64,000 nt of DNA from a plasmid, in the sequence record NZ_CP137558.1; one strand, written 5' to 3'. Within the stretch, counting starts at the first letter, position 1; each line of letters starts with the position of its first letter. A program made the position numbers and the translations under genes. Under the pieces are notes generated by a model. The model worked only from the letters and a program-made list of their open reading frames with translations, was not told where the DNA came from and searched no databases. Below are positions 62,096 through 64,000 of the stretch, piece after piece.

Positions 62096-63493
62096 TTACT
62101 TGCCCTCCCATTTCTCGATATTCGGATTCGCCTCTACTGCCTCGATTGGGAAGCGGAGGGTATATCGGGAATCGTTGGCTTCAAGTACATAGCTATTCTC
62201 ACCGTAGGTCTTGCTCAACTGCGGACGGGTGGTACGACGGAGGTCGAACCAGCGATGTCCCTCGAAGACAAGCTCGCAGGTGCGTTCGTTGTAGATGGCT
62301 TTGAGCAAGTCCGCCTTCTGCATGGTATCAAGCTCGGCTGCATACTGGTTGTATTTAGCTGCTGCATATCGCTTTGCCATCAGCGCCTTGAGATAGGTGC
62401 GAGCCTCAACCAGATTAGCATCATCGGCTGCGGCGTTGTCAGCTGCATTCTGGGCAGCAGCTTCGGCAGCAATGAGGTAGGCCTCGGCAGAACGGAAGGA
62501 GCAGCGATAGCCGTCGTTGCCCTTGTCACCATATTTAATCAGACTGTAGACGCTGGCGGTCTGTGCCTTGAAATAGAGCGCCTTGCGCTTGTCGCCGGTG
62601 CGATAGGTATCAACCAGCGCCTTGCTAGGTACGCCCATCTTCACATAGCCGGAAGTCATCACCTGCTCCAGGGCAACGATGCTCTCCACCGACTTATAGT
62701 AGTTTGGTAATACCTTTGAATCGGTCAGATCTTCCAGGTCGCCATGTTTCTCCATCACCACTTTCGCTTCTGCCAGGGCATCCTGCCAGTCGCCCTTGTA
62801 GAGATAGACTCTAGCCAGCAGAGCATCGGCAGAAATCTGGTTGAATCGGTAGGTGTAGCCCTCGTCCCAGGCAGCCACCTTCAGACGGGTCTTTGCCTCC
62901 TTGATGTCGGCAATCACCTGCTGGTAAACCTGCTCCACGCTGCTGCAGGTGAGCACGTTGTTGACATTTGCCTCCAGCGAGAGCGGGATGCCGCGGGTGG
63001 TAGCCGGATTGCAATGGGTATAGGCATCGGCATAGAGATTGACGAGCAGGAAGTGGCAGTAGGCTCTCATCATATAGGCCTCGCCCACCAGCTGACTGAT
63101 TTCATCCTGTGTAGCCTCGGTAATCTTGTTCTGATTCTCGATGATGTAGTTGGCGATGTAGATGGCATGATAGTAACGGCGCCAGCCGAAAGAAGCCGTG
63201 GTGCTCTGCTGGTTGAGGTCGTTCCATGCCCAGATGTCGAAGTAAGAATCGTAATCCTCGGTAGAGGTGGATGCCTTGCTCAGGGTCATCTCGTCGCTTC
63301 GCAGGGTGGCGAGTCCACGGTCTTCCGGGAAATTCTTGTATTCGTAGGTGAGCAAGGCTCTGTATTCCTTGCCCGTCTTGGCTATCACCTTTCCGGTTGG
63401 GGTGATGTCGAGGAAATCATCGCAACTGGTGAATCCTATCATCGCCAACATCATGACGATGCCCATCAAATATCTTCTTTTCATTGTCTTCAT
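62096..63493 (-). CDS. SusD/RagB-family nutrient-binding outer membrane lipoprotein
   Basis: Lipobox IGFTSCDD; ..WFDLRRT..; ~465 aa; immediately downstream of SusC-like gene. Confidence 0.85.
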   Translation of the reverse strand: MKTMKRRYLMGIVMMLAMIGFTSCDDFLDITPTGKVIAKTGKEYRALLTYEYKNFPEDRGLATLRSDEMTLSKASTSTEDYDSYFDIWAWNDLNQQSTTASFGWRRYYHAIYIANYIIENQNKITEATQDEISQLVGEAYMMRAYCHFLLVNLYADAYTHCNPATTRGIPLSLEANVNNVLTCSSVEQVYQQVIADIKEAKTRLKVAAWDEGYTYRFNQISADALLARVYLYKGDWQDALAEAKVVMEKHGDLEDLTDSKVLPNYYKSVESIVALEQVMTSGYVKMGVPSKALVDTYRTGDKRKALYFKAQTASVYSLIKYGDKGNDGYRCSFRSAEAYLIAAEAAAQNAADNAAADDANLVEARTYLKALMAKRYAAAKYNQYAAELDTMQKADLLKAIYNERTCELVFEGHRWFDLRRTTRPQLSKTYGENSYVLEANDSRYTLRFPIEAVEANPNIEKWEGK

Positions 63494-63497
63494 TCTT

Positions 63498-64000
63498 TTA
63501 GAAATTTACGTTTACGCCAAATATGAAACTCTTCGGGATAGGCTGCGCGTATGGGTTGCCCATCGTCTCCGGGTCCAGATAGTTGCTGTAGTTGCTGGCG
63601 ATGACGAGCAGATTGCGTGCCTCAAGAGAGAGGGATGCACTCTTCACGCCGATGCGGCTCAGCCACTGGGTTGGCAACTTGTATCCCAGGCGCAGGCTCT
63701 GAAGGCGGGCGTAGTTGCAATCCTTCACCCAGGTATCGAGCATGCTGTAGAGGTTGTACTCGTTATACTGCACGTACTCGCGTGGGCGCTCGGTGCTGAC
63801 CATCAGCTTGGTGAAACTGCCGCTGGTGTTATCTGCCGTCCAGCGGTTCAGAATGTCGCGGTTCACGTTCAGGCCTCTGTCGTAATTGGCTGGCGAGTAG
63901 CTAGGCTGCACGCGCACTTTCATGCCGAAGTTGAAGGTGAAGTTGATGCCCAACTGCCAGTTCCTGTAATCGAAGGTGTTGATGAAACCACCCGTCCACT
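63498..64000 (-). CDS. SusC/RagA-family TonB-dependent receptor, C-terminal part (gene continues beyond window end)
   Basis: Open frame to window edge; terminal ..SFIFGVNVNF beta-barrel motif. Confidence 0.8.
   Translation of the reverse strand, partial: WTGGFINTFDYRNWQLGINFTFNFGMKVRVQPSYSPANYDRGLNVNRDILNRWTADNTSGSFTKLMVSTERPREYVQYNEYNLYSMLDTWVKDCNYARLQSLRLGYKLPTQWLSRIGVKSASLSLEARNLLVIASNYSNYLDPETMGNPYAQPIPKSFIFGVNVNF

Overview
This is a Bacteroidales-type (Bacteroides/Prevotella-like) accessory region packed with mobile DNA; genes with database relatives are named by family resemblance only.

Reading left to right:
- 1-1320: a ParA-family ATPase gene and a small partner gene, followed by a perfect 48-bp palindrome and a TTCCCCA heptamer array (candidate partition cassette).
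- 2.4-6.4 kb: a lipoprotein TPR/LuxR one-component regulator, a small secreted protein, a C10 cysteine peptidase and a putative inhibitor lipoprotein.
- 6.5-13.8 kb: an integrative mobilizable element module. It has two tandem Bacteroides-type tyrosine integrases, a RhuM fragment, two excisionase-like HTH genes, a DUF3408-like gene, a MobA-like gene, a relaxase and a coiled-coil membrane protein.
- 13.8-16.5 kb: an operon of an orphan PflA-like glycyl-radical-activase-type radical SAM enzyme with two paralogous proteins (Cys-rich N-terminus, TM helix, TonB C-terminal domain) plus a decayed third copy. This is the most unusual system in the window.
- 16.5-25.5 kb: an integrase-like gene with a divergent 3' end heads an AT-rich array of small hypothetical, DUF3592-like and membrane genes. 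The array carries conserved ~200-bp upstream repeats and shared terminator hairpins, and is interrupted by IS4-like and IS982-like transposases. It may be a recombinase-associated orphan-immunity (rAID-like) island.
- 25.9-51 kb: a type V pilus-like locus. It holds fimbrillin-like lipoproteins, three paralogous fimbrillin-BspA-LRR adhesins (one frameshifted), an OM beta-barrel and an orphan ABC substrate-binding protein. A conserved promoter block containing a 26-bp perfect palindrome occurs three times.
- 32.9-40.2 kb, inside that locus: a composite-transposon-like unit. Two direct IS1380-family copies bracket a low-GC segment with an ErmG-like 23S rRNA methyltransferase (apparent 3' frameshift), a SAM methyltransferase, an HD-domain gene (frameshift) and a small decayed IS.
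- 43-64 kb: a decayed AAA/PD-(D/E)XK gene, an XRE regulator, a SatD/DUF3307 pair and an IS1182-family element. A WbaP-like sugar phosphotransferase is flanked by two MITE-like palindromic repeats. Three AAA_14/DUF4143-type ATPases follow, one internally deleted. The window ends with HU, an amidase, a T9SS-CTD protein, SusD and a partial SusC.

Several short repeat families recur throughout: an ATCTGCG-type repeat, GGATTTnnAATCC hairpins, shared terminator stems and an 85-bp inverted pair 28 kb apart.

Four apparent 1-bp deletions interrupt reading frames, three of them in A homopolymer runs. Sequencing error and genuine decay cannot be told apart from this sequence alone.
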